64,000 bases of DNA from Candidatus Dormibacteria bacterium (GTDB lineage: Bacteria > Chloroflexota > Dormibacteria > Aeolococcales > Aeolococcaceae). This document shows positions 45,543 to 55,059 of this stretch, piece after piece. Below the pieces are notes generated by a model, which was given only the letters and a program-made list of their open reading frames with translations, was not told where the DNA came from and searched no databases. The stretch is taken from the NCBI GenBank assembly GCA_050734155.1, contig JBOHUD010000023.1:15726-79725 (forward strand), written 5' to 3'. The first letter of the stretch is position 1. Each line of letters begins with the position of its first letter. The translations under genes were made by a program, and so were the position numbers.

Positions 45543-46055
45543 CTACGAGGTGTGCCCAGGCCCCCTGAGCTCGTCCGCGTAGCGAGACACGGACCGGTTG
45601 TAGCGGGGCAGGTACTTCGACAGGGCGGTCAGGGCCACAGCCACCGCCTCTCGCTCGCGGCCCACATCGACCAGCGCCAGCGCGAGGAAGGTCGCCACCG
45701 CCCCGTCCAGCTCGTCCGAGGCGGCGTCCGTCTCCTCGGTCAGGAGGGCGAGTGCCTCCTCTGGCTTGCCGAGGTTGCGCAGCGAGCTGGCCATCTGGAT
45801 GGCCGCGCGCCGTCGCCGCTCGCCGGCCAGGCCCGCGGCGATCCCCGCGGCGTACAGGGGAACCGCTCGGTCGGGGTGGCCGGTGGAGTCGAGCGCCGCG
45901 GCACGCTCGAACATGCCGATGGGGTCGCCGGACGGCAGCTCGCCGGCCAGGGCGTCGACGCGATCGACGAACTCGTCCTCCTCGCAGCCCTCCATGCCCG
46001 CCCAGAGGTCCGCCATGCGCCTCTCCCAGTCGGCGTCAGCTTCACCCACGCGCAA
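45543..46055 (-). CDS. Hypothetical TPR-like helical protein
   Basis: 170 aa, Ala/Leu-rich helical repeats. No catalytic motif. Convergent with the GH65 gene, divergent from pspA. Confidence 0.45.
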   Translation of the reverse strand: MRVGEADADWERRMADLWAGMEGCEEDEFVDRVDALAGELPSGDPIGMFERAAALDSTGHPDRAVPLYAAGIAAGLAGERRRRAAIQMASSLRNLGKPEEALALLTEETDAASDELDGAVATFLALALVDVGREREAVAVALTALSKYLPRYNRSVSRYADELRGPGHTS

Positions 46056-46256
46056 AGAGTAGGGGCGACGGCAGCGAGTTGTACTTGTCGACCCACCGGT
46101 CGTGGATCAGCCTGATCGTCACCGGATTGAGAAAGCGCTGGCGTGGTAGCCTCCGTCGCGGCGGCCGGCCCCAGGAGCACGGTGCGATCCACGCCAGGCT
46201 GGCTCAATCCGCGCTCCTCCACCACTGGCCCGGAACCTGACGGCAAGGAGGAACTC

Positions 46257-47288
46257 GTGAGCGTATTTCGGCGCTTCAGCAACATCTTCCAGGAGAAGAG
46301 CAACGCCGCCCTGGATCGGATGGAGGATCCGTCGCAGGCGATCGACCTGTCGTATCAGCAGCTCCTCGAGCAGCAGCAGAAGCTGCGCACCGCGCTGGTC
46401 GGGGCCACCACCGGGCAGAAGCGCCTCGAGAACCAGGCGGCAGAGATGGACAAGCGCATCGCCCAGCTCAACACCGCAGCGCAGCAGGCGATGCAATCGG
46501 GCAAGGAGGAGCTGGCCACCCAGGCGCTCACCCAGGCCGAGGTCCTCGGCCAGCAGCGCCAGGCGCTGGACCCGCAGATCCAGTCGATCCGCGCCCAGGT
46601 CGCCAAGCTGCAGCAGGGCATCCAGAGATACCAGGCCAAGGTGCAGGCGTTCGCCAACCAGCGTGAGTCGCTGAAGGCATCCTACGAGGCCTCCAAGGCG
46701 ACGAGCGCCGCCGGTGACACGCTGGCCGGCATCGGCGAGCACACCTCGGATGCCGCGATGATGATGCAGCGCGCCCAGGACAAGATCGCCCGCACCCAGG
46801 CCCACGCCGATGCCGTCGACTCCCTGCTCGACAGCGGCGTGCTCGACGCACCCCTGCTGAGCGGCGGGGCGACGTCGCTGGACGATCAGATCACTGCCAC
46901 GGTGGTCGACACCAACGTGCAGGCAAAGCTGGCGGCGATGAAGTCACAGCTCGGCCTCGCCGGTCCCGCCGCGGCCCCGCAGCTCGACACCGCCGGCATC
47001 GTGGTGCGCGTCCACGGCGAGGATCAGTACCGTCTCGATGCCTCCGCTCGCCCTGAGCTCGACGCCTTCGACCACCGGCTGATCGCGGCGGTGCGCGCCG
47101 ACGATGACGCCGCCTACCACGCCGCCCTCGGCGAGGTGACAGCCTTCGTCAAGGAGAAGGGCATGGCCCTGCCGCACGGCGACCTCTCCGCCAGCACCAT
47201 CATCCTGCCCAGCGACGACATGTCCCTGGACGAGGTGACCTCCATGCTGCAGCAGGAGAACTGGATGGGCGAGCCGGCGGCGAGGTAG
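46257..47288 (+). CDS. pspA: PspA/IM30 (phage-shock protein A / Vipp1) family protein with extended C-terminal region
   Basis: AAGGAGG Shine-Dalgarno followed by a GTG start. VSVFRRFSNIFQEKSNAALDRMEDPSQAIDLSYQQLLEQ matches the PspA N-terminus, then a long coiled coil. About 100 extra C-terminal residues. Confidence 0.8.
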   Translation: MSVFRRFSNIFQEKSNAALDRMEDPSQAIDLSYQQLLEQQQKLRTALVGATTGQKRLENQAAEMDKRIAQLNTAAQQAMQSGKEELATQALTQAEVLGQQRQALDPQIQSIRAQVAKLQQGIQRYQAKVQAFANQRESLKASYEASKATSAAGDTLAGIGEHTSDAAMMMQRAQDKIARTQAHADAVDSLLDSGVLDAPLLSGGATSLDDQITATVVDTNVQAKLAAMKSQLGLAGPAAAPQLDTAGIVVRVHGEDQYRLDASARPELDAFDHRLIAAVRADDDAAYHAALGEVTAFVKEKGMALPHGDLSASTIILPSDDMSLDEVTSMLQQENWMGEPAAR

Positions 47289-47295
47289 GCGGGCC

Positions 47296-48153
47296 CTAGG
47301 CCTCGCCAGCGACCCCGGCGGAGGCGCCGGAGGTCTCGCCGGCGCCGGGATCGAGCCGGTCGTTGAGCGGCAGCACCATCGCCGGAGCGATCAGCTGATG
47401 GGTGGCGCCGGCGAGGCGGACCGCCGTTCCGACGGCGAGAAACTCGATGACGTGGGTGCCCCATAGGTGGGACTGCTGCTCGATGCGCATGGCCACTATC
47501 CCCTGCGCTCCCGTGCCGCGCGCCTCATCCTGCATGCGCGTCATGGCCAGCTCGCGTGCCTCGTAGAGAGCGGCCGTGTAGTTGCTGAGCTCGACATTCT
47601 GACGAGCCTGGCCGACCCAGGTGGACAGCCCCTGGTGCGCGATGTGGTAGACGCAGGCACCAAACGCCAGTCCCACCGGCGTGTAGCCGGCGCGGATCAG
47701 CAGGTACAGATCCTGACCGGACAGGTCGCTGATCCACAGGTGGGGCGCGGACTGCGACGTGCTCGCCACGGCCGTGCCCAGCGCGACGAACTCGGCGAGG
47801 TGCTCGGTCCCGCGATGGATCCGCACCTCGAGCTTCAGGCCGATGACGCCCTGGCCACCGACCTGCTGCGCGTGCCGCTGCATCCGGCGGACGGCGTCGG
47901 TGCGCGCCGCGTACATGACCTCGGTGAGGCCGGTCATCTCCTGATTGCTGTTCCAGTTCTGATACTGGATGCCGATGTGGTAGACACCGCAGCCCACCAC
48001 GACCCCGCGCGGCTCGTAGCCCACCTCCTTGAGCAGCACCGCCTCGTCGACCGAGAGATCGCTGCTGAAGCGCCGTCCCCGGTGGCGCTCGCCTGCGCCG
48101 GTGGCGAGGCACTGCAGCGCCGCATCGGCACGCGGATGCGCGACGGCGGCCAT
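47296..48153 (-). CDS. Tandem-duplicated YbjQ/UPF0145 (DUF74, putative heavy-metal-binding) domain protein, paralog C
   Basis: Two YbjQ-like units (SSDLSVDEAVLLKEVGYEPRGVVVG...GVIGLKLEV...GTAV, and a second). ATG overlaps the upstream paralog's TGA (TGATG). Confidence 0.65.
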   Translation of the reverse strand: MAAVAHPRADAALQCLATGAGERHRGRRFSSDLSVDEAVLLKEVGYEPRGVVVGCGVYHIGIQYQNWNSNQEMTGLTEVMYAARTDAVRRMQRHAQQVGGQGVIGLKLEVRIHRGTEHLAEFVALGTAVASTSQSAPHLWISDLSGQDLYLLIRAGYTPVGLAFGACVYHIAHQGLSTWVGQARQNVELSNYTAALYEARELAMTRMQDEARGTGAQGIVAMRIEQQSHLWGTHVIEFLAVGTAVRLAGATHQLIAPAMVLPLNDRLDPGAGETSGASAGVAGEA

Positions 48154-49088
48154 CAGCGCAACCTCATGATCGGCATCGGCTCCTCGTCCATGGGGTCCTT
48201 CGCGTACCTGCGGACCGCGGTTCCGACACAGACCAGCTCGATGAGCAGTGATCCGTGGGCGAGGTCGTGGGCGCCGAAGTCGATGTCGACACCGACCGCG
48301 CCGTCGGCGTCCACCTGGGCGACCTCGGCCTCGATGCGGCTGATCCCCAGGAGCCTGGCCTGCTCGATGCCGTCGCTGATCTGGTCGATGCGGACGTTGT
48401 TCCACGAGCTGAGCAGGAACTCCGTCCCGCATCCCGGATCGATCTCCACAGCGCCGATGCCGATGACCAGGGCAACCGGGACGTAGCCGCCGTGCAGCAG
48501 CTTGCTGAAGGACACGCCGTCGAGGTGTGACATGAACGGCGCCGCCAGCTCAGGGCCACCCGACCGGCGAATCGCGGTCCCGATGACGGTGAACTCCATG
48601 GTGTTGCCGACCCCCTCCAGGTGTCGCCGGATCAGCCGCACCCCGACCACCCCGTGGGCGTTGAGGTCGCGTGCCTCTTCGGTCATCCTGGCCAGGGCCG
48701 CGTCGCGCGCGCCCACCACGCCGGCCTCGTACGCGGTGTGCTCCCAGTTGTAGCCGTAGCGGTGCTCCCCTCCCCTCGCGTAGTACATGCCATAGCTGTG
48801 AGGGCAGGGGTAGCTCTGTCCCGGACCAGCCCCGGACCCCCCGAAGATGGTGCTGTAGCCCCATTGGGCGGCGATGCGCACCACGCTCGACCCCATCACC
48901 ATCCCCACCGGTTCGAAGCCGGCGTGCCCGATGGCGGAGAGCTCACCCACGGAGAGGTCGCTGGTCCACGCCGCCCCGGTCTGACGCAGCTCGTCGATCC
49001 GCTCGCGAGCCGCGAGCGGCAGCTCACCCCTCTCCAGGGCGGCGATGCTCTGCTGCTGCCGTTGCGCCGCCGCGGCCTCGTCCGGCAT
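48153..49088 (-). CDS. Tandem-duplicated YbjQ/UPF0145 domain protein, paralog B
   Basis: WTSDLSVGELSAIGHAGFEPVGMVMG ... HGVVGVRLIRRH...GTAI, and a second unit. TGATG coupling on both ends. Confidence 0.65.
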   Translation of the reverse strand: MPDEAAAAQRQQQSIAALERGELPLAARERIDELRQTGAAWTSDLSVGELSAIGHAGFEPVGMVMGSSVVRIAAQWGYSTIFGGSGAGPGQSYPCPHSYGMYYARGGEHRYGYNWEHTAYEAGVVGARDAALARMTEEARDLNAHGVVGVRLIRRHLEGVGNTMEFTVIGTAIRRSGGPELAAPFMSHLDGVSFSKLLHGGYVPVALVIGIGAVEIDPGCGTEFLLSSWNNVRIDQISDGIEQARLLGISRIEAEVAQVDADGAVGVDIDFGAHDLAHGSLLIELVCVGTAVRRYAKDPMDEEPMPIMRLR

Positions 49089-49939
49089 CAGCGATCCAGA
49101 GAGAGCACCATCCGCGGCTTCTCGATCTCGCGGTCGGGAAGCTTGCGCACGGCGGTGCCCATGGCAAAGAACTCGATCGTGTGGCTGCCCCACACGTGCG
49201 ACTTCTCCTGGATCTGCACCCCGACGATCCCCTCCGCCTGCAACTTGCGAGCCTCGTCCTGCATGCGCTCCATGGCCAGCTCACGAGCCTCGTAGAGGGC
49301 CTGGGTGAAGTTGGCCATCTCCTTGTTCTGGCCGATGTTCCCAAGGGCCTGGAACATCCTCTGATGAGCCACGTGGTAGACGCAGGTCCCCATCACCAGG
49401 CCGAGGGGGGCGTGGCCCGACTGCAGCAGGGTCCAGAAGTCCTGACCGCTGAGGTCAGAACTGAAGGGCTTTCCCTCGCCGGTCTTCCAGTTGCCGCCAT
49501 CCTCGGCGGAAACAGCGGTGCCCAGGGCGAGGAACTCGGCGGTGCCGCGCCCCCATTCGTAGAAGCCGACATCGAGGCGCACGCCGACGACGCCGTCGGC
49601 GCCGAGGACCGCCGCCTCCTCCTCCATGCGGGCCATGGCCAGCTCCCGGGCCGCGTACATCGCCTGGGTGAGGGTGGCCACCTCCTGGCTGGAGCTCCAG
49701 CTCTTGGTGGTGAGGCCGATGTGGTAGATGCTGCTGCCCACCACCAGGCCGCGGGGATGGAAGCCCGCCTCCTTGACGAGCAGGAATTCGTTGACGGAGA
49801 GGTCCGACGTGAACAGGCCATCCTTGCCCTGGAGCTCGCTGAGACGGCGCAGCGCGTCCTTGGGCAGGCCCTCGAGCTGCGGCTGGGTGGGGGCGGTCGG
49901 CTCAGCCGGTGGCGGCGGTGGTGGCGCCTGCTGGGTCAT
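49088..49939 (-). CDS. Tandem-duplicated YbjQ/UPF0145 domain protein, paralog A (Pro-rich N-terminus)
   Basis: FTSDLSVNEFLLVKEAGFHPRGLVVGSSIYHIG ... GVVGVRLDVGFYEWGRGTAEFLALGTAV aligns with E. coli YbjQ ...ADAVVGIDIDYE...GTAV. Start at ATG 49939, checked in the sequence. Confidence 0.65.
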   Translation of the reverse strand: MTQQAPPPPPPAEPTAPTQPQLEGLPKDALRRLSELQGKDGLFTSDLSVNEFLLVKEAGFHPRGLVVGSSIYHIGLTTKSWSSSQEVATLTQAMYAARELAMARMEEEAAVLGADGVVGVRLDVGFYEWGRGTAEFLALGTAVSAEDGGNWKTGEGKPFSSDLSGQDFWTLLQSGHAPLGLVMGTCVYHVAHQRMFQALGNIGQNKEMANFTQALYEARELAMERMQDEARKLQAEGIVGVQIQEKSHVWGSHTIEFFAMGTAVRKLPDREIEKPRMVLSLDR

Positions 49940-49979
49940 GGCTGCGCTGCCTCCGAGGATGCCCTGGCGACCGTGCCGA

Positions 49980-50372
49980 TCATGTGACCAGCGACCGCAG
50001 CGCGGCGCTCGCCTGGGCGCTGTTCTGAGCCTGGCCGGCGAGGACGCCGAGCAGCGCGCGCAGCCAGGAATCCAGTCCCGTCTCCTCGGAGCGCAGGGTG
50101 ATTCCGCGCACCGCGTGGGCGTGCCGGCAGCTGATCGCACCGTCGCGCAACTGCGCCTCGAAGACGTCGTCACCGGCGCGCACCACGATCTTCCTGATGG
50201 GATGATCCTTCTTGAAGAGGCCACCCTCGCGGTCCAACTCAACGGCCCCTGGCATCGAATCCGCGAGCTTGCCGCCGAGCACCTGGAAGAAGACGCCGAT
50301 GTCGCTGGCGTCCGCGCGCAGCGACGCGGCGAGTGAGTCGAGATCCGGGTCCGACGATGGCACCTCACTCAT
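49980..50372 (-). CDS. Small hypothetical protein (130 aa), paralog of 50414-50815
   Basis: Shares a GVFFQVL...KL core and an identical C-terminal AALRSLVT with the upstream paralog. No known domain recognised. Confidence 0.5.
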   Translation of the reverse strand: MSEVPSSDPDLDSLAASLRADASDIGVFFQVLGGKLADSMPGAVELDREGGLFKKDHPIRKIVVRAGDDVFEAQLRDGAISCRHAHAVRGITLRSEETGLDSWLRALLGVLAGQAQNSAQASAALRSLVT

Positions 50373-50413
50373 CAGCACCGCGAGTATAGGAAGTTGCCCG
50401 CCGGCGACGAGGC

Positions 50414-50815
50414 CTACGTGACCAGTGAGCGCAGCGCGGCGGCGGCGGATCCCTCGGTCCGCGCCTCCCGGGAGACCATCTCGACCAGGGCGCGCACCCA
50501 TTCGTCGACGGACGCCGGCTTCGACCAGGGAAGTCCACCGCCGACCCCGTGGACCGAGTGGATGTGGCGGCAGGTCACCTTGCCGCGCTCCAGCTCGGCC
50601 TCGAACGTCTCGTCCCCCAGGCGCACATTGATCCGTCGCGCCCGGCGCCGCTTCTTGAACACGCTGCGATCGCGTTCGACCTCGGTGTTCTCGGGGAGCG
50701 CGCTGAGCAGCTTCTCGCACAGCACCTGGAAGAAGACACCCGCATCGCGCGCGTCAGCCTGCAGGGAGGCGGCGACGGCATCGAGATCCTCGCGGGGCGG
50801 GAGCGAGTCGCTCAT
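50414..50815 (-). CDS. Small hypothetical protein (133 aa), paralog of 49980-50372
   Basis: MSDSLPPREDLDAVAASLQADARDAGVFFQVLCEKL...TCRHIHSVHG...AALRSLVT. About 45% identity to its neighbour. Confidence 0.5.
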   Translation of the reverse strand: MSDSLPPREDLDAVAASLQADARDAGVFFQVLCEKLLSALPENTEVERDRSVFKKRRRARRINVRLGDETFEAELERGKVTCRHIHSVHGVGGGLPWSKPASVDEWVRALVEMVSREARTEGSAAAALRSLVT

Positions 50816-50834
50816 GTCGCAGATCCGCGGCCGC

Positions 50835-51233
50835 CTAGAGGCGGTACAACCGCTGCCCGCGCCGCGTCACCACCCGAGCCCCCAAGCGCTGAGCACGGCT
50901 GCCGATCGAGCGCCCGTCGACCACGCGGTGCCCCGCCGTCTGGTTGATGTGCGCGGCGATCTGCGCTGACGTGGCCGGCCCGAGCTCCAGCATCGCCGCC
51001 CGAACGGTGCGGTCGGTGACCGGCGCCGGTGCCGAGCCCTGGGTGGGAGGGCTCGCCGGGGGGCGCCGGGCCCTGCGGGAGGCGGCGCGCCGGCGTGGTC
51101 GGCTGGGCTCGGCCGCGGCCGGTTCGAGGGCCGAGGCAATGGAGTTGAGCACCCGGGCCAGATCGTGAGCGGCGCCGTTGAGGTTGTCGGCCACCGTGCG
51201 GAGCGCGGCGGCAAGCGGTCGGGATTGGTTCAC
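50835..51233 (-). CDS. Hypothetical small protein, possible winged-helix C-terminus
   Basis: 132 aa in the gap between the ABC permease gene and the small-paralog pair. Low-complexity Pro/Ala/Arg middle region. Low certainty. Confidence 0.3.
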   Translation of the reverse strand: MNQSRPLAAALRTVADNLNGAAHDLARVLNSIASALEPAAAEPSRPRRRAASRRARRPPASPPTQGSAPAPVTDRTVRAAMLELGPATSAQIAAHINQTAGHRVVDGRSIGSRAQRLGARVVTRRGQRLYRL

Positions 51234-51248
51234 ACCGCTCAGGGTAGC

Positions 51249-52151
51249 TCAGTCGCGGTGGCGGAACGAGCGCATGGCGACGCCCAGCAGCACCGCGCTG
51301 AAGGCCACCAGGACGGCTACATCGACGGCCACGGGCACCACGTAGGTGCCGATGGTGACCGACGCCAGGCGCTCGACCGCGGCCGCGGGCAGACCGCTGC
51401 CACCCAGGATCGCGGAGCGGATCGGGGCGATGCCGTAGGCCACGGGGTCGAAGCGGGTGAGCACCGTCATCCAGCCGGGCAGCCCGCTCAGCGGGAACAG
51501 GGCTCCGCTGAGAAAGAACATCGGCATCATCAGGAAGTTCATCACCACCTGGAAGCCCTGCATGGTCTTGAGACGCGCCGAGATGGCGACCCCGAAACAG
51601 GTCAGCGAGAAGGCCAGGAGGAAGAGCAGCGGGATGGCCTCGAGCACCGACACCACGGTGAGGTGCACCCCCACGAAGGGGGCGAACACCAGCATCACCA
51701 CCCCCTGGACCGCCGCCTGCGTGGCCCCCCCGAGGGCCTTGCCGATGGCCACCGCCGAGCGGCTGATGGGTGCGACCAGGATCTCGCGGAGGAAGCCGAA
51801 CTCACGATCCCACACCACCGACATGGCGCTGAAGATCGCCGTGAAGAGCACGGCCATGCCCAGCACACCCGGGTACATGAACTGGATGTAGCTGAACGAC
51901 GCCGGCAGCCCGCGCCCACCGATGGAGTTGCCCCGACCGAGCGCCGCGCTGAGACCGACGCCGAAGATGGCGAGGTAGAGGACCGGTTGGGCCAGCGACA
52001 TGATCAGCCGCACCCGATCACGCCAGAAGCGGATGACGTCGCGGTACCAGATGATGTACACCGCCTGCGCCAGGGGAACGGTGACCCGCCCCGGCGCGGG
52101 GGCGACAGCCAGCGGTGTCGGCGCGGTCTCCACCGCGGTCTCAGCCGTCAT
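51249..52151 (-). CDS. ABC-2 type transporter permease (DrrB-like)
   Basis: 300 aa with six TM helices and the ABC-2 family fold. ATGA-coupled to the upstream ATPase gene. Confidence 0.75.
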   Translation of the reverse strand: MTAETAVETAPTPLAVAPAPGRVTVPLAQAVYIIWYRDVIRFWRDRVRLIMSLAQPVLYLAIFGVGLSAALGRGNSIGGRGLPASFSYIQFMYPGVLGMAVLFTAIFSAMSVVWDREFGFLREILVAPISRSAVAIGKALGGATQAAVQGVVMLVFAPFVGVHLTVVSVLEAIPLLFLLAFSLTCFGVAISARLKTMQGFQVVMNFLMMPMFFLSGALFPLSGLPGWMTVLTRFDPVAYGIAPIRSAILGGSGLPAAAVERLASVTIGTYVVPVAVDVAVLVAFSAVLLGVAMRSFRHRD

Positions 52152-53173
52152 CGACGCCCCCGGGCGGCGAACGCCCGCATCATCGACATCCGGGAGTCGG
52201 CCTCGGCGTCGCGGATGGCGCGGCCGGTGAGCTTGAGGAAGACGTCGTCGAGGCTGGGGCGCCGCACCGTCACCGTGGTCACTGGAACGGAGAGCGCGGT
52301 GATCAGCTGGGGGACGAATTGCGCTCCGTCCTGCACCTCCACTCGGAGCGTGTCGCCGTCCGGCACCGGGTTGACGCCCAGCGTGGCCATGATCTCCCGC
52401 GCGGCGCGGGTGTTGTCGTCGGTGCTGACCACGACGATGTCGCCACCGACCTGTGCCTTGAGCTCGTCGGGTGTGCCCAGGGCCACGATGCTCCCGTGGT
52501 CGATGATGGCGATGCGATCGCAGAACTCCGCCTCCTCCATGTAGTGGGTGGTCATGAAGATGGTCAGGCCGGTGGTGGCACGGATCCTGCCGAGGTGATC
52601 CCAGACGTTGGCCCGGGTCTGCGGGTCCAGCCCCTGGGTGGGCTCGTCGAGGAAGAGCACCTCGGGGGCGTGGAGGATGCCGCGGGCGATCTCCAGACGC
52701 CTCTTCATCCCCCCGGAGAAGGTGCTGACCAGCGCGTCCGCCCGGTCGAGGAGGTCGACGGTGGCCAGGGCTGCGCCGATGCGCTCCCTGCGCTGGTGGC
52801 GCGCCACCCCGTACACCATGGCGTGGAAGAGGAGGTTCTCGCGGGCGGTCAGCTGGACGTCCAGCGAGGGGTCCTGGAACACCAGGCCGATCCGCGCGCG
52901 CACCCCGTCGGGATCACCGGCCACGTCGATGCCCGCCACCGAGGCGCTGCCCGAGGTGGGCTTGAGGAGCGTGCAGAGAACCGAGATGGTCGTGGACTTG
53001 CCGGCGCCGTTGGGCCCGAGGAATCCGAAGATCTCACCGCGCCGCACCGCGAGGTCGATGCCCCGGACGGCCTCGACGGTGCCGTACCTCTTGACCAGAC
53101 CCGTCACGGCGATGACCACGCCGGCCCGGCCGGTGGGGATCCCGGGGCGCAGGCTGACTGCGGTGGCGACCAT
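52148..53173 (-). CDS. ABC transporter ATP-binding protein (DrrA-like exporter ATPase)
   Basis: Walker A GPNGAGKSTT, signature LSGGMKRRLEIA, Walker B LLFLDEPT. Start set at ATG 53173. Confidence 0.85.
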   Translation of the reverse strand: MVATAVSLRPGIPTGRAGVVIAVTGLVKRYGTVEAVRGIDLAVRRGEIFGFLGPNGAGKSTTISVLCTLLKPTSGSASVAGIDVAGDPDGVRARIGLVFQDPSLDVQLTARENLLFHAMVYGVARHQRRERIGAALATVDLLDRADALVSTFSGGMKRRLEIARGILHAPEVLFLDEPTQGLDPQTRANVWDHLGRIRATTGLTIFMTTHYMEEAEFCDRIAIIDHGSIVALGTPDELKAQVGGDIVVVSTDDNTRAAREIMATLGVNPVPDGDTLRVEVQDGAQFVPQLITALSVPVTTVTVRRPSLDDVFLKLTGRAIRDAEADSRMSMMRAFAARGRR

Positions 53174-53305
53174 GAGCGCTAGTGTGCCGATTCTCGGGCG
53201 AATCGGGTCGTTCCGCCGGCGGCGCCGGACCCGGGGTGCGGCAGGGTAAGGTGCGCCCCTGTGCAGCGCCACTGGTCATCCGCAGCCTGTGCCGGGGACT
53301 GAGCC

Positions 53306-54040
53306 GTGCTGACAGTCGACTTCGGCCGTCTCCACCTTCGGCGCGGCACCCGGGTGCTCGATGTCGGCTGTGGCAATGGGCGGCACGCGCTCGAGGCGCT
53401 TCGCCGCGGCGCGGAGGTGGTCGCCACCGACCTCGACGGCACCGCCCTCGGCAGCCTCGAGCGGGTGGCGGGGGCGATGGCCGCCGCCGGCGAGGTGGCC
53501 GGCGGGACGCTGCGGACGGTGCTTGCGGACGCGCGCAGCCTGCCCTTTGTTGATGGGGAGTTCGACGTGGTCATCGCCGCCGAGGTGCTCGAGCACATCC
53601 GCGAGGATGCGGCCGCGCTGGCAGAGCTGTGCCGGGTCCTGCGTCCCGGCGGCCTGCTGGCGGTCACGGTGCCGCGGTGGTGGCCCGAGAGGATCTGCTG
53701 GGCGCTCTCCAGCGAGTACCACGACATCCCGGGCGGCCACGTGCGCATCTACCGGCGCTCCCAGCTCATCGAGCGAATGCTCGGCTCGGGCCTGGTCATC
53801 GCCCCACCCCACCACCATGCGCACGCTCTCCATTCGCCGTACTGGTGGCTGCGCTGTCTGCTGGGAATGTCCCGCGAGCAGGCCCTGCCGGCGCGTCTGT
53901 ACCACCGCTTTCTGGTGTACGACCTGATGCGCCGTCCGCGCTGGACCCGCAGCCTGGAGCGGGCCCTCAACCCAGTCCTCGGCAAGAGCGTGGTGGTCTA
54001 TGCGCGGCGCCCGGCGCAGGCGCGCTCGGGCCGGTTGTAG
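53306..54040 (+). CDS. Class I SAM-dependent methyltransferase
   Basis: Motif I VLDVGCGNGRHA and motif II FDVVIAAEVLEHI. Confidence 0.75.
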   Translation: MLTVDFGRLHLRRGTRVLDVGCGNGRHALEALRRGAEVVATDLDGTALGSLERVAGAMAAAGEVAGGTLRTVLADARSLPFVDGEFDVVIAAEVLEHIREDAAALAELCRVLRPGGLLAVTVPRWWPERICWALSSEYHDIPGGHVRIYRRSQLIERMLGSGLVIAPPHHHAHALHSPYWWLRCLLGMSREQALPARLYHRFLVYDLMRRPRWTRSLERALNPVLGKSVVVYARRPAQARSGRL

Positions 54041-55039
54041 ATGATCGACGCCCCTCTGAGCCGCAGCGACGTCCAGGCCACAGTCGAGGCCATCGCCCGC
54101 GTGCAGCGAGGCGACGGAAGCATCCCCTGGTACCAGGGCGGCCAGGTCGATCCCTGGAACCACGTGGAATCGGCGATGGCTCTCGACGTCGGTGGACGCC
54201 ACGCCGAGGCCTCACGCGCCTACGACTGGCTGGGCGCCACGCAGCGTCCGGACGGGGCGTGGCACGCCGCCTACCGCGACGGGGAGGTGATCGACGCCAC
54301 CCTCGACACCAACCTGTGCGCCTACGTCGCCACCGGGCTCTGGTTGCACCTGCTCTGCGGCAGGCCCACCTCCGAGGTGCGCACGCGATTTGCCTGCCTC
54401 GAGCGCGCGCTCGGCTTCGTGCTCTCCCACCAGGGCGAGGACGGGGCAGTGTGGTGGGCCTGCGACCCGGCCGGCCGGCCGTGGCGTCGCGGGCTGGTCA
54501 CCGGTTCCTCCTGCATCCACCTCAGCCTGGCATGCGCGACCCGGCTGGGTGACGCCCTCGGCCTGCCCCATCCCCAATGGGAGGCGGCGCGGAATCGCCT
54601 GCGTGGGGCATTGCGCGGAGCGCCTCACAGCTTCCAGGACAAGCGTCGCTGGGCGATGGACTGGTACTACCCGGTGCTCTGCGGGGTGGTCTGCGAGGGG
54701 GATGCGCGGGCCCGCATCGCCTCGCGATGGGAGCAGTTCGTGGTGCCGGAGCGCGGTGTCCGCTGCGTCTCGGACCGGCCCTGGATCACCGCGGCGGAGA
54801 CCTGCGAGCTGGCGCTGGCGCTGGTTCGCTGTGGCGACCGTGCCGGCGCCGCGCAGCTGCTGGATTGGGCGCAGCACCTGCGCGGCGACGACGCCGCCTA
54901 CTGGACCGGCGCCAACTTCACCGACGGTCGCATCTTCCCGCCCGATGAGCAGCCCACCTGGACCTCTGCCGCGGTCGTGCTCGCCGACAACGCCATCAGC
55001 GGCGGTGTCGTCGCCGAGGTGCTCGACGCCACCCGCTGA
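54041..55039 (+). CDS. Prenyltransferase / squalene-oxidase-repeat (terpenoid-cyclase-like alpha/alpha toroid) protein
   Basis: Repeated Q/R-x-x-D-G-(S/A)-W motifs (QRGDGSIPW, QRPDGAWH, HQGEDGAVWW). TAG-ATG is directly adjacent to the upstream methyltransferase gene. Confidence 0.6.
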   Translation: MIDAPLSRSDVQATVEAIARVQRGDGSIPWYQGGQVDPWNHVESAMALDVGGRHAEASRAYDWLGATQRPDGAWHAAYRDGEVIDATLDTNLCAYVATGLWLHLLCGRPTSEVRTRFACLERALGFVLSHQGEDGAVWWACDPAGRPWRRGLVTGSSCIHLSLACATRLGDALGLPHPQWEAARNRLRGALRGAPHSFQDKRRWAMDWYYPVLCGVVCEGDARARIASRWEQFVVPERGVRCVSDRPWITAAETCELALALVRCGDRAGAAQLLDWAQHLRGDDAAYWTGANFTDGRIFPPDEQPTWTSAAVVLADNAISGGVVAEVLDATR

Positions 55040-55059
55040 ATCTTCCCGGGCGCAGCCGA

